NCBI GenBank assembly: GCA_044869275.1
Contig: JBIOXB010000137.1
Span: 27,049-91,048 of the forward strand
Source: a bacterium
GTDB lineage: Bacteria > Zhuqueibacterota > Zhuqueibacteria > Zhuqueibacterales > Zhuqueibacteraceae
Direction: 5' to 3'
DNA: 64,000 nucleotides
The position numbers and the translations under genes are program-made. This document shows, piece after piece, positions 19,646 through 29,127 of this stretch (position 1 is its first letter; the number at the start of each line of letters is the position of its first letter). The notes under the pieces are model-generated. The model had not been told where the DNA came from and did no database searches. It saw nothing but the letters and a program-made list of their open reading frames with translations.

Positions 19646-21304
19646 CTAATCGGAGACAAAACTTTCCTTTCCGCCGACCACGGTGCGCAGTACTCTGGTT
19701 TGCAGGATTTTGAGCGGCTCGATCGCGAACAAGTCCTCCGAGAGCACGACGAAATCCGCAAGCTTTCCTGCTTCCAAAGTTCCCAGACGATTCTCTTGAA
19801 AACCGGCATAGGCGTTCGCAGAGGTATAGGCGCGCAAAGCCTCTTCAACCGAAATTTTTTCCTCTGGAATCCAGCCATTGGGATTCTTGCCATCGAGCGT
19901 GCGGCGGGTGACTGCAGCGTAAATGCCGTGCAGCGCATCGATCGGCGCCACGGTCCAGTCCGACCCAAAGGCGAGACCGGCGCCGTGATCCAATAATGAC
20001 CGAAAAGCATAGGTGGTTTTGGTGCGCTCGAGGCCGATCCGCTTTACCGCCCAGCGCCCGTCGTCAATTGCGTGATAAGGCTGCATCGATGGAATCACCC
20101 CCAACGCAGCAAAGCGTGCCAAGGCAGCACGGGTGAGGTGCTGCGCGTGTTCGACGCGAAAGCGCCGGTCACGCCCGCCGTTCTCGCGCAGCGCGGCGGC
20201 ATAGATCTCGAGCAGCCAGTCATTCGCGCGATCGCCGATGGCATGCACCGCCACTTGCAAGCCGGCGGAATCGGCGGAGAAAATCCAGTTTCGCAAGGAG
20301 GTGGTGTCCGTTGTCAATAAACCGCAAGTCTGCGGCGCGTCATCATAAGGCTGATAAAACCAGGCCGTGGTCGAACCGAGCGAACCGTCGACAAATCCTT
20401 TCAACCCGCCCCAGCGCAGCCACTCGTCGCCGCGGCCGTTCTCGGCGACATAATCGGCCATATGGTTCCAGGTGGATAACGGAACAAGGGCATAAAGCCG
20501 CAGCTTCAACGGGCCGCGTTGCTGCGCCCGGCGATAGGTTTCGAAATCCGCCCAGCTACCCATGTCGTGCACTTGCGTGACGCCGCGCGCAACCGCGAAA
20601 TTACTGGCGCGCGCAAAAGCTTCATCGCGTGCGGTGGCGCCCGGCTCGGGGATGACGCGAAACACCAGCGACATGGCTTCATCTTTGAGAATACCAGTCG
20701 GCTCGCCGGTACGGGCATTGCGCACGATCGTGCCGCCGGGAGGATCGGCGGTATCGCGCGTGATGCCGGCCAGCCGCAAGGCGTTGGAGTTGGCAAGTGC
20801 CATATGGCCGTCCAGGCGATTGACGAACACGGGATGAGGCACCGCGAGCGTATCGATCCACTGGCGCTGCGGCATTTCGCCGCCCCACATCTCATGATCC
20901 CAATCGCCGCCCGTAATCCATCTGTCTTGCGGAAGATTTTGGGCGAATTCTGCGATGCGGCGGGAAAATTCCGCGGGCGAAGCGGCGTTGCGCAAATCCA
21001 CGCTCGCCAGTTGAAAACCGCCGCTCATGAAATGCGCATGCGCGTCCACGAATCCCGGCACGACGAGTGTGCCCTGGAGATCGACGACGCGCGTGGTCCT
21101 GCCCTGATGTTTGCCGATTTCTTCCGCGCTGCCCACGGCCAGAATTTCGTCTCGTGAAATGGCGAGAGCTTGTGCGCGCGGCGCGTCCGGCACGCCCGTC
21201 CAAATCGCAGCGTTGGTGTAAATCGTCTCGGCGATCTCTTTCTGCTGGCAAGCAGAGGATATGAAAGCAGCGATGACCACGGCGAGGCAGAAGATGATTC
21301 TCAT
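19646..21304 (-). CDS. Amidohydrolase 3 (YtcJ-like), probable lipoprotein
   Basis: VVPGFVDAHAH, DGHMALANS, KGFVDGSLGS, VHAIGDRAN, RVEHAQ, FGSDW, GKLADFVVL; lipobox SSAC. Confidence 0.9.
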   Translation of the reverse strand: MRIIFCLAVVIAAFISSACQQKEIAETIYTNAAIWTGVPDAPRAQALAISRDEILAVGSAEEIGKHQGRTTRVVDLQGTLVVPGFVDAHAHFMSGGFQLASVDLRNAASPAEFSRRIAEFAQNLPQDRWITGGDWDHEMWGGEMPQRQWIDTLAVPHPVFVNRLDGHMALANSNALRLAGITRDTADPPGGTIVRNARTGEPTGILKDEAMSLVFRVIPEPGATARDEAFARASNFAVARGVTQVHDMGSWADFETYRRAQQRGPLKLRLYALVPLSTWNHMADYVAENGRGDEWLRWGGLKGFVDGSLGSTTAWFYQPYDDAPQTCGLLTTDTTSLRNWIFSADSAGLQVAVHAIGDRANDWLLEIYAAALRENGGRDRRFRVEHAQHLTRAALARFAALGVIPSMQPYHAIDDGRWAVKRIGLERTKTTYAFRSLLDHGAGLAFGSDWTVAPIDALHGIYAAVTRRTLDGKNPNGWIPEEKISVEEALRAYTSANAYAGFQENRLGTLEAGKLADFVVLSEDLFAIEPLKILQTRVLRTVVGGKESFVSD

Positions 21305-21327
21305 TTTCTCTCCGGAGCAGTTTTTCG

Positions 21328-22494
21328 TTACGCGCTTGGTGATTTGTCCGAATGCTTCAGGTTGAATTTTATCTCACCCGCCATTTCCAGGAAATGCCCC
21401 AAGCGCACGGTCTCAGCTTCGACCTGAACTCGAATCTTTTTGGAGACCTTTTCAAATGGCTCGATTTCCACAGAGGTGCGCTTCCCGCGGCTCCGCAGCG
21501 CCCAAACGCCAATCACCCGGCCGTCCAGCAAGACCACGGGCGAAAGCCAGCCTTGGCTGCGATAAACGCGTTTGTAGTGATCAACACTCACCAGGTGCAC
21601 CCTCTTGGCGTGGCCGAGCAAATAGGGATCGAAGCTCGGCAAAAGACGCAAAACGGGATCTGCGAGACGGCTGGTGATGAGCCGTTCATAATCTTCACGG
21701 AGCAGCAGCCCGCTTTCGCCTTCGCTTCTGACCTCCACCAATTCTTCCACCATCTGCTCGTGCACCGTCTTCACCTCTGCCCTCGAAATGCCGCTCCATT
21801 TGGAAAAGTCCTGGAGTGTGGCGGGGCCATAGGCGCGCAAGTAGCGCCGCAGCAGCGCTTGTTGCGCTGGTACCGCTGGAACTGCTTTCTGGCCTGGCAA
21901 CCATTGATCAACCCGGACGAACGTTGCTCGTCCGTTGCGCTCTGGTCCGTAACAGATCAATCCTTCCACGAGCGCCGGCCTGAAGAGCTGGATGCTCCAG
22001 GCAAGGTCGACGTAGGCCTTCATCTTCTTACCGATTTGAGGCAAGAGATGTTCGAACAATTCGGGTTGGGTTTTCGGACCAGCCTGGAGCGCTGCCATCA
22101 CCCCCTCATTTAAATGCTCGATTTCCCTCGGCGCCACGCCGAACTTCGAGAGTATGCGCCACAGCGCCTCGACTCGGCTTCTCTTCAGAGCGTTGATGTA
22201 AAGGGAGAAATCAGCCGCGGGTATGAGATGCAGCGTTTGGCGCATGCAGGAGGTTCTAACCAGAGTCCGGGTTTCATACAATGCCGCAGCGACATCCCTG
22301 CGCGTGAGCTCGCGGGTTCTCGCCCACAAAGCCATCTGCGCCGCTCCCATGAGTTGCGCCTGAATGCCGCTGACGTTCCGGCACAACTTGGCGAGATCCG
22401 CGCGCAACGGATTTCCGACCGGCTGGCGTTCGCGAAGATGATGGCGCGCCAGCCGGAAAGCTGAAATTTGAGAGCGTTTGACTATCTGCTTCAT
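21328..22494 (-). CDS. HTH_42 winged-helix protein, AlkZ-like DNA glycosylase
   Basis: GIQAQ (QxQ catalytic motif), MRQTLHL, RRYLRAYGPAT..DFSKWSG, RLLPSFDPYLLGH, VLLDGRVIGVW. Confidence 0.85.
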   Translation of the reverse strand: MKQIVKRSQISAFRLARHHLRERQPVGNPLRADLAKLCRNVSGIQAQLMGAAQMALWARTRELTRRDVAAALYETRTLVRTSCMRQTLHLIPAADFSLYINALKRSRVEALWRILSKFGVAPREIEHLNEGVMAALQAGPKTQPELFEHLLPQIGKKMKAYVDLAWSIQLFRPALVEGLICYGPERNGRATFVRVDQWLPGQKAVPAVPAQQALLRRYLRAYGPATLQDFSKWSGISRAEVKTVHEQMVEELVEVRSEGESGLLLREDYERLITSRLADPVLRLLPSFDPYLLGHAKRVHLVSVDHYKRVYRSQGWLSPVVLLDGRVIGVWALRSRGKRTSVEIEPFEKVSKKIRVQVEAETVRLGHFLEMAGEIKFNLKHSDKSPSA

Positions 22495-22586
22495 TCTCAC
22501 ATCAGAGAAAAAAAGACAATAAAATCATGGTCACGAACAGGCTGATGATCGAAGAGAAAAACAAAAAGAAGGCGAGAATCATTACT

Positions 22587-22706
22587 CCATTATAAGTGAA
22601 ATCTGGGCTTTTTGAGCAAAGAAATTCAAAATCCAAAGCTCAAAACTCAATACCACCTTTGGGCTTTGTGTATTGAGTTTTTCGTTTTCGGCTGGTACGG
22701 GTTATG
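22587..22706. repeat. 120-bp dispersed repeat (MITE-like), copy 2
   Basis: 105/120 identical to 2026-2145, same orientation, abutting the MCE gene stop. Confidence 0.9.
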
Positions 22707-22708
22707 CC

Positions 22709-23902
22709 TCATGGCTGCTGGCCCTGGCTTTTCTTTCCCATTTGTTCCAGTTCTTTTTGCCGCTCCTCCAGAATTTTCTGCAGGTTTTTGAGCTGCTGAA
22801 AATGTAAATTTAGAATTTGTTGCTGGGCTTTCAGCTCTTTTTCGTACGTCGCCAATTCCTGTTTTCGTTTTTCATAGTCCTGCTCGAATTCTGCTTTGTT
22901 CCAAAACCCGCGGCGCTCGAAATAGCCTTTGAACAGCCAGTTGTGCTTGAGCGCTTCCATGTTTTCCGCGAAACTGAACATGCCGATGCGGCCCCAACGG
23001 CCGATTTCGTAAAGTTGCTCCTGCAAAACGGCGAGATTGGCGAAAGCCGAGTCGAGCTGCACGGCCAGCGTGGTATCTGAAATCAGTTTTCCGGCAAGGC
23101 CTCTGCCGCCTCGAATCTCGTCCAACAAGGCACCCACCGAATCGCGCATGGTGCTCACGGCAGACAAGGCGAGCTCGTGCAGATCATCGCGATAAATCAA
23201 ACGCCCCAGCGTCCCTTTGCCGGCGCGCACTTGTGCCACCAGCGAGTCCGTGGAAGTGGAAACCGTGTGCAGAATCTCGCCCAAATGCTGCGTTTGCAGG
23301 TGCAGCTCTACGAAAACCGAATCCGTGCGCGCGGTCATGGAAAGAAACTGGCGGTACAAGGCTTCGTCATAGACCATCCTGCCGATCGTGCCCTGGCCGC
23401 TGTTGATTTGGCGGGTGATGCCGTCCAGACTCTGCGTCACCAATTGCATGTAGCGCGCGGTTTCGTCGAAAGAGCCAAGAATCGCGCTCAGATCGATTGG
23501 GCTGCGGCTGTTGATCGAGTCGCCATCCGTCACGTGCGGCTGCGCCAAGGCACCGCCGACAATCGAAACGATTTTGCCCCCCACCAGGCCTTCTGTTTCA
23601 ATCACTGCCACGGCGTCCCTTCTGATGAGGCGCTGGGCCTCGGCGTCCAGGCGCATGGTGACCGTGACTGTGCCACCCGGCGCCTCCGGCAGGCGGATGC
23701 TTTCCACCACGCCGATGTCGATGCCGGACAATCGCACGGGAGCGCCGGGGCGCAATCCCGCGACGTTTTCAAAAGGCACGTGCAGATAAAAAGTGCGTTC
23801 GAAAATCTTCTTCTTGCCCGCCAGAAAGAAAATCCCCGTCACCAGCACCGCCAGCCCGCCGGCAATAAACACCCCCAGCCACAACAATTGATTCTTTTTC
23901 AT
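22709..23902 (-). CDS. mlaD: MCE/MlaD family protein with long helical C-terminus
   Basis: TM, FENVAGLRPGAPVRLSGIDIGVV, IETEGLVG, three GxGTxGxL repeats, NWLFKGYF, coiled-coil tail. Confidence 0.88.
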   Translation of the reverse strand: MKKNQLLWLGVFIAGGLAVLVTGIFFLAGKKKIFERTFYLHVPFENVAGLRPGAPVRLSGIDIGVVESIRLPEAPGGTVTVTMRLDAEAQRLIRRDAVAVIETEGLVGGKIVSIVGGALAQPHVTDGDSINSRSPIDLSAILGSFDETARYMQLVTQSLDGITRQINSGQGTIGRMVYDEALYRQFLSMTARTDSVFVELHLQTQHLGEILHTVSTSTDSLVAQVRAGKGTLGRLIYRDDLHELALSAVSTMRDSVGALLDEIRGGRGLAGKLISDTTLAVQLDSAFANLAVLQEQLYEIGRWGRIGMFSFAENMEALKHNWLFKGYFERRGFWNKAEFEQDYEKRKQELATYEKELKAQQQILNLHFQQLKNLQKILEERQKELEQMGKKSQGQQP

Positions 23903-23912
23903 GACTGCAAAT

Positions 23913-24662
23913 CTACAGGATTGGCACAGACTCGAGAGCGAAGTATTGTTTGATGAACGGATGCTGGTTCATTCGGATTTCAGGGAAAGTACCGGAAGCG
24001 ATAATGCGCCCTTCATACAGCACCGCGAGCGTGTCGGCCGTGCGTTGCGCGCTTTCCAGACTGTGCGTAATGCTAATCGCGGTGACACCCGCTTCTTTCT
24101 TCAACTGCACGGTCAAGAGATCGATCTCCGCAGCGGTGATGGGGTCCAGGCCGGTGGTGGGCTCGTCGTACAACATCACTTCCGGAGACAACACCAGGGC
24201 GCGGGCCAGGCCGACGCGTTTTTGCATGCCGCCCGAAAGCTCGGAGGGGTATTTGTCCAGCGCCGCTTCCATGCCCACAAAGTGCAACTTCTGACGAATG
24301 ATGCGTTCGCATTCTTCCTCCGGCAAGCGGCGATGCCGCATCAAGTGAAACGCGAGATTCTGCTTCACGGTCATGGAATCGTACAGCGCGGCATTCTGAA
24401 AAACGTAGCCCAGGCGCTGGCGCAATCGATCCAGCTCCTGGGCAGGCAAACCCACAATCTCCATTCCTGCGATTTTGAGGCTGCCGCGATCGGGTTTGAT
24501 CAAGCCGGCCAGGCATTTTAGCAACACGCTTTTACCACTGCCGCTGCGTCCTAAAATCACCAGCGTTTCGCCGGGAGGAACGAAAAGCGAGACGCCATGA
24601 AGCACGGTCTGCTGGCCGAAATTCTTGTGTAGATCTGTAATCTCGATCAAAGCTACTTCCAA
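23913..24662 (-). CDS. mlaF: MlaF/Mkl-type ABC ATP-binding protein
   Basis: GRSGSGKS, FQNAALYDSMTV, LSGGMQKRVGLARA, LYDEPTTGLDP. Start uncertain (TTG 24662 chosen). Confidence 0.9.
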   Translation of the reverse strand: MEVALIEITDLHKNFGQQTVLHGVSLFVPPGETLVILGRSGSGKSVLLKCLAGLIKPDRGSLKIAGMEIVGLPAQELDRLRQRLGYVFQNAALYDSMTVKQNLAFHLMRHRRLPEEECERIIRQKLHFVGMEAALDKYPSELSGGMQKRVGLARALVLSPEVMLYDEPTTGLDPITAAEIDLLTVQLKKEAGVTAISITHSLESAQRTADTLAVLYEGRIIASGTFPEIRMNQHPFIKQYFALESVPIL

Positions 24663-24778
24663 ACTAATCTGTCCATCTGAAAGGATCCTTTGGAGCCAGC
24701 AGGACCGTGCGCCATGCTCAGAAAGGCCGCCCCAGGATGACATGGAAAAGAGCAAAGGAACCGGATGCGATGCTCGCT

Positions 24779-25528
24779 TCAGCCAAACAACAGAATCGTC
24801 AATTTCACCAGCACCACATCGGCAACGATGATCATGAGGGTGGAAAGCACCACCGCGATCATGGCGCTGCGGCCCACGCCCGCGGTGCCGCCAGAGGTAT
24901 GATAGCCCAGAAAGCTGGCGATGGCGCCGATCAGAAAACCAAACACCACGGTCTTGCCGAGCGCGGGCAGCACCGTGTCGAAATTCAAAAAACGCAAGGC
25001 GGAATCGAAATACAAGCGCAGGGACATGTTCTGGTCCAGCAGCATGGCGAAATAGCCTCCCAGCAGGGCCAGGAAATTGGCATACACCGTGAGCACCGGC
25101 AGCATGAACATGCAGGCCAGCACGCGCGTGGTGACGAGAAAGCGAAACGGCCGGAGCGCTGCGACTTCCATGGCATCGATTTGTTCGGTGACGCGCATGG
25201 AACCCAGTTCCGCGCCAATGCCGGCGCCCACCCGGCCGCTCACCACCAGAGCCGTAATCAGCGGCCCGATTTCACGCAACACCGCGACGGCGATCATGCT
25301 GGGGAGCAGCCCCTGCCCGCCAAAGCGCGCCAGCGTGCTGCTGGTTTGCATCGCCAGCACCATGCCGATTGCCAATCCCGCAACACCGACGATTAAAATG
25401 GATTTTGCGCCGATCTCATACATTTGCCGTGCGATTTCCCCCCGCTCTTGCGGCGCTTGCATCAGGCTGGCAACAAATCGTCCGAGGAAAAAAATAAAGC
25501 GGGCGATTTCTTCGAATAGCTTTTTCAT
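24779..25528 (-). CDS. mlaE: MlaE family ABC permease
   Basis: REIGPLITALVVSGRVGAGIGAELGSMRVTEQIDAMEV; GGTAGVG. Confidence 0.93.
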   Translation of the reverse strand: MKKLFEEIARFIFFLGRFVASLMQAPQERGEIARQMYEIGAKSILIVGVAGLAIGMVLAMQTSSTLARFGGQGLLPSMIAVAVLREIGPLITALVVSGRVGAGIGAELGSMRVTEQIDAMEVAALRPFRFLVTTRVLACMFMLPVLTVYANFLALLGGYFAMLLDQNMSLRLYFDSALRFLNFDTVLPALGKTVVFGFLIGAIASFLGYHTSGGTAGVGRSAMIAVVLSTLMIIVADVVLVKLTILLFG

Positions 25529-25575
25529 CAACACTGCAAAGTGAAAACGTGATTTTCCGTCTTCGCGCGCGAACA

Positions 25576-25604
25576 AAACTACCCAAAAGCCGAGCCAATG
25601 TCAA
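25576..25604 (-). promoter_or_regulatory. Sigma70-type promoter for mlaEFD
   Basis: Minus strand TTGACA-17 nt-TAGTTT. Confidence 0.55.
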
Positions 25605-25858
25605 GGTTGAATTGGAGTGGGAAAGCCGGGGCGTGTGGCGAGTGCAGGAGATTTGAACAAGAATTCTGAAGATTGGGCGCGGAGAAAGGTACTCACGGAG
25701 GAAAATATTTCAATTCTTTCATTTTTGTGAGACATTCCCATTCCTGCGCTTGGCACTTGCCGCGTGGAGGGCTTCATCCCGCAGCGCCGGGACTAGCTTG
25801 ATAGAAGCTGGAGGTAGCGTTTGAGACGTGAACAAATCGCCAAGACATTGTTTTGCGT

Positions 25859-26608
25859 TCACCGCTTCACCGCTCCTTGTTGCGCCACGGCTTGCGCCGC
25901 TTTCTGCACGGCCTCGGTGTCGCCGAGATAATAGTGACGCAGCGGTTTCAATTCTTGATCCAATTCATACACCAGTGGTATGCCGGTGGGAATATTCAAC
26001 TCTACAATCTGTTCGTCGGAAAGTTGATCGAGATACTTTACCAAGCCGCGCAAAGAATTGCCGTGCGCCGCGATGATCACGGATTTTCCAGAAGCCACGA
26101 CCGGCTTGATCACTTGGTGCCAATATGGCAAAAAGCGCGCTATCGTGTCTTGCAGAGACTCCATGCGCGGCAATTCGTGTTCGGCAAGATCACGATAGCG
26201 CACGTCATGCCCGGGATAGCGCGGATCAATCTTCTCCAATGCCGGCGGGCGCACGTCGAAACTGCGCCGCCAAATATGCACTTGCGGTTCGCCGTACTTG
26301 GCGGCAGTCTCGGCTTTGTTCAAGCCCTGCAAGGCGCCATAGTGCCGCTCATTCAAGCGCCAGCTGTTGTGAATCGGAATCCACATCCAATCCATTTCGT
26401 CCAGAACGATCCACAGCGTGCGAATGGCGCGCTTGAGCACGGAGGTAAAAGCCACGTCGAAAGCAAAGCCGCTTTCTTTGAGAAGCTGGCCAGCTTTTTT
26501 GGCTTCATTTCTGCCCTTCTCGGACAAATCCACATCGGTCCAGCCGGTGAAGCGGTTTTCTTTGTTCCACACGCTTTCGCCGTGGCGCAAAAGGACTAGT
26601 TTTTTCAT
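25859..26608 (-). CDS. gpmA: 2,3-bisphosphoglycerate-dependent phosphoglycerate mutase
   Basis: [42 protein letters not shown]. Confidence 0.98.
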   Translation of the reverse strand: MKKLVLLRHGESVWNKENRFTGWTDVDLSEKGRNEAKKAGQLLKESGFAFDVAFTSVLKRAIRTLWIVLDEMDWMWIPIHNSWRLNERHYGALQGLNKAETAAKYGEPQVHIWRRSFDVRPPALEKIDPRYPGHDVRYRDLAEHELPRMESLQDTIARFLPYWHQVIKPVVASGKSVIIAAHGNSLRGLVKYLDQLSDEQIVELNIPTGIPLVYELDQELKPLRHYYLGDTEAVQKAAQAVAQQGAVKR

Positions 26609-26623
26609 GAAGGCTTTCTGCTT

Positions 26624-26981
26624 TTACTCTTTCAATAATAAGTCTGGTCTGAACATCTGATAGGGATAAACAATCGTATCAATAATAACTTCTTGACGAA
26701 CGATGTGAAAGATGATGCGATAACGCTTTATCAACAATTGACGATAGTCCCGATGCTCGGGCACAGTCGAACATCGTCGCGGGCTTCGCACATGCGTGGC
26801 AGCGCTTTGTTCCAAGCGGAATTTTTTTACCTTGATCAGCCTCCTTCCGTCCTTCCCCAATTGCCTGACGCACATAAATGGAATATAGAACGCGCCGCAA
26901 AGGCTGCTTCTGGCGTTTGCCGGCAAAGATTTCTTGCACGGCATTCATCATCTGAGCTTTTGATATTGTCAAATTGTGCAT
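26624..26981 (-). pseudogene. Internally deleted type II toxin-antitoxin pair (antitoxin N-part joined to the C-part of a RelE/ParE toxin)
   Basis: AGGAG-preceded ATG 26981 reads LYSIYVRQAIGEGRKEADQGKKI (antitoxin-like). Another frame then gives SPRRCSTVPEHRDYRQLLIKRYRIIFHI..VIIDTIV (ParE-like) without an N-terminus. Confidence 0.65.
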
Positions 26982-27104
26982 ATCATGCTCCTACTTTGCT
27001 CGATAAAATAATTCTTCTCAGCATCTTCCACAAGCAGTTTTCTGATGAAGTGGTATGCTTGGAGATTTTCTTGGACCTTGATGAAACTTGCAATTGCCAT
27101 TCTT

Positions 27105-27599
27105 TCACGGTCTAAAACGTGTCACCAAATATCCTCCCACGGCGGCCAGCAGGATGCCGAGATAAAATGGCCAGCGCACGCTGCTCCAACCCCCGGCAGG
27201 CGGATGCATGGCAATGGCGACCACGGCATTCACAATGGGCGCGCCGGCAAAGACGATGGACATCACCACCGGCGGCGTGCCTTTCGCGCCGAACGCGAGC
27301 AAGACACAGAAAGCGCCGAGTGCGCCGACCGTCCCCGCCAACAAAGACCAACCCATTCCTTTGACCGGAAACTGCCACGTGGCACCGTTCAACAACATCA
27401 CGATCACCGGCGCCAATACCGCTGTAATCAAATAAGCTATGCCGACAAATAGAAACGCCTTATACCGTCCATTGGCCGGATCACCCATGGCCAGTTGGCC
27501 CGAATGCAGGAATATGCCGTAGAGTCCCCAAGAAACAACCGTCATCAATGCGAAAATCAGCCAAGTGATGTTGGGCTCGGTGTTTTGCGGAGGGGTCAT
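27105..27599 (-). CDS. Small 5-TM conserved membrane protein (DMT/EamA-like)
   Basis: WLIFALMTVVSWGLYG, YKAFLFVGIAY, AGTVGALGA, VMSIVFAGAPIVNA. Confidence 0.75.
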   Translation of the reverse strand: MTPPQNTEPNITWLIFALMTVVSWGLYGIFLHSGQLAMGDPANGRYKAFLFVGIAYLITAVLAPVIVMLLNGATWQFPVKGMGWSLLAGTVGALGAFCVLLAFGAKGTPPVVMSIVFAGAPIVNAVVAIAMHPPAGGWSSVRWPFYLGILLAAVGGYLVTRFRP

Positions 27600-27600
27600 C

Positions 27601-27748
27601 GTTGGTTGTTGGTCGTTGATTATAGATAGTGGATTGTAGATCGAGGATAGAAGATAGAGGATAGAAGATGGCGCTAAAAATTCCATGACAACAAACAACC
27701 GACTCTCGATCTACTATCCTCGATCATCTATCCTCGATCCTCCATCTT
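27601..27748. repeat. Heptamer-periodic inverted repeat
   Basis: gatagtg gattgta gatcgag gatagaa gatagag gatagaa, and the inverted ctcgatc tactatc ctcgatc atctatc ctcgatc ctccatc. Overlaps the GT4 3' end. Confidence 0.85.
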
Positions 27749-29071
27749 CACCCCTCGAACATCAACCTTCAAGCGCGGCTCGTCATGAACATAACGCCGG
27801 TACACCTCCACCGTCGCTTCCGCCATTTTCATGTCACTGAAATCCCGATGCGTCGCGATTTTGCCCTGCTGGCCCAGGCGATGGCGCAACGCAGGATCTT
27901 TATACAAGGCCAGCAGTCCCTGGGCTAAAGCCGGCGGCGATTCCGGCGCGACCAATATACCACCGCCGGTCGATTCAAGCAACTCCGGAAATGAGCCGTG
28001 GCGAGGCTGCACAACCGGAATGCCATTGGCAAGTGCTTCCAGAATGTACAGCCCCTTTGGCTCCCGATAGGTCGTAGGCACGGAGAGCACATGCAAGCTT
28101 TGCAGAAACCGGATCTTCTGTGCGCGATCCACTTCGCCGAAAAACTCGAAACTGTCGTGCAAGCCCCAAGCATCGATTTTCGCGATCACCTCGGCAAGGT
28201 ATTTTTGGTCGCGCTTGCCGAGGTAGCCCGCGACCTTGAGACACACATTGTTGCGGCCCAATTCCTGCGCCAGCAAGTGGAATGCTTCGATCAGTACGTG
28301 CAAACCCTTTTCCGGGCAAATACGCGCGAGATAGCCAATGACGAAAGTATCCGAGCCATTGGCGCCCGCCGCCAGGCCGTGACCGTTCAGATTCAGTCCC
28401 AACTTCACGGCGTGAATTTTTTCTGCCGGGACTTCGAGATATTTCGCCATGAAATCGGCATAATACTGGCTGGTGGCGGTAAAACCTTCGATATCCCGGG
28501 CGCGCGCGCGCAAAACCTTCAGGCTCTGTGATTTGTAGGGCTCGATCAAATCTTCGAGGAAAATATCTTCACCCTGCAGCGCGCACAGCACCGGCACGTT
28601 CAACGCCCGCTGCAATTCGCGCGCGAAGCCGACGAACATCGCATTGGTCAATTGCACCAGGTCGGGACGATATACTTCTTTCAGCCATTTTACCAGTTTG
28701 GCCAGTTCCTTGCGCTGCAGCCCTTCCTCCCCCTCCAACACCGAAACCGTGAGGCTGCCAAGGTCTTTGGCATTGGTGGAAGAGCTGAATCGTGAAACCC
28801 AGTGCAACAGCGCGCGATGATTGAAAAGTCTATCCAGCAGCCAGGGCGTGTGCCGGAAGAGCGCGAATTTTTGCTCGAGATAAACGTTGATCCCGCCGTA
28901 GAAGACTCTGTCGATGCTGACGTCGGTTTCATCCGTGCGCAACGGCGTGTACGTGGGAACCAACGCGACTTCGTGTCCCAACTTTTGCAATGCGGCGGCA
29001 AGAGTGTTGTCGTGCATGCAACTGCCGCAGTACATGCCGGCGGCGCCCGCCGCAATATAGGCGATCTTCAT
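27728..29071 (-). CDS. Glycosyltransferase family 4 with N-terminal YCGSC motif
   Basis: MKIAYIAAGAAGMYCGSCMHDN, IGYLARICPEKG, EPKGLYILEALANGIPVVQPRHGSFPE. Confidence 0.9.
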   Translation of the reverse strand: MKIAYIAAGAAGMYCGSCMHDNTLAAALQKLGHEVALVPTYTPLRTDETDVSIDRVFYGGINVYLEQKFALFRHTPWLLDRLFNHRALLHWVSRFSSSTNAKDLGSLTVSVLEGEEGLQRKELAKLVKWLKEVYRPDLVQLTNAMFVGFARELQRALNVPVLCALQGEDIFLEDLIEPYKSQSLKVLRARARDIEGFTATSQYYADFMAKYLEVPAEKIHAVKLGLNLNGHGLAAGANGSDTFVIGYLARICPEKGLHVLIEAFHLLAQELGRNNVCLKVAGYLGKRDQKYLAEVIAKIDAWGLHDSFEFFGEVDRAQKIRFLQSLHVLSVPTTYREPKGLYILEALANGIPVVQPRHGSFPELLESTGGGILVAPESPPALAQGLLALYKDPALRHRLGQQGKIATHRDFSDMKMAEATVEVYRRYVHDEPRLKVDVRGVKMEDRG

Positions 29072-29127
29072 GGTTTGGCCTCTCGAAAAGCTTTATTGAT
29101 GGCTATGCTCTCGCCGGCGGCATGCTT

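Noticed and set aside
26969..27100. 43-codon ORF (MAIASFIKVQ...) upstream of the TA remnant
   Set aside because: No recognisable motif or clear RBS.
27601..27748. Short-repeat arrays as a CRISPR
   Set aside because: The units are 7-8 nt, tandem and without unique spacers, and no cas genes are present.
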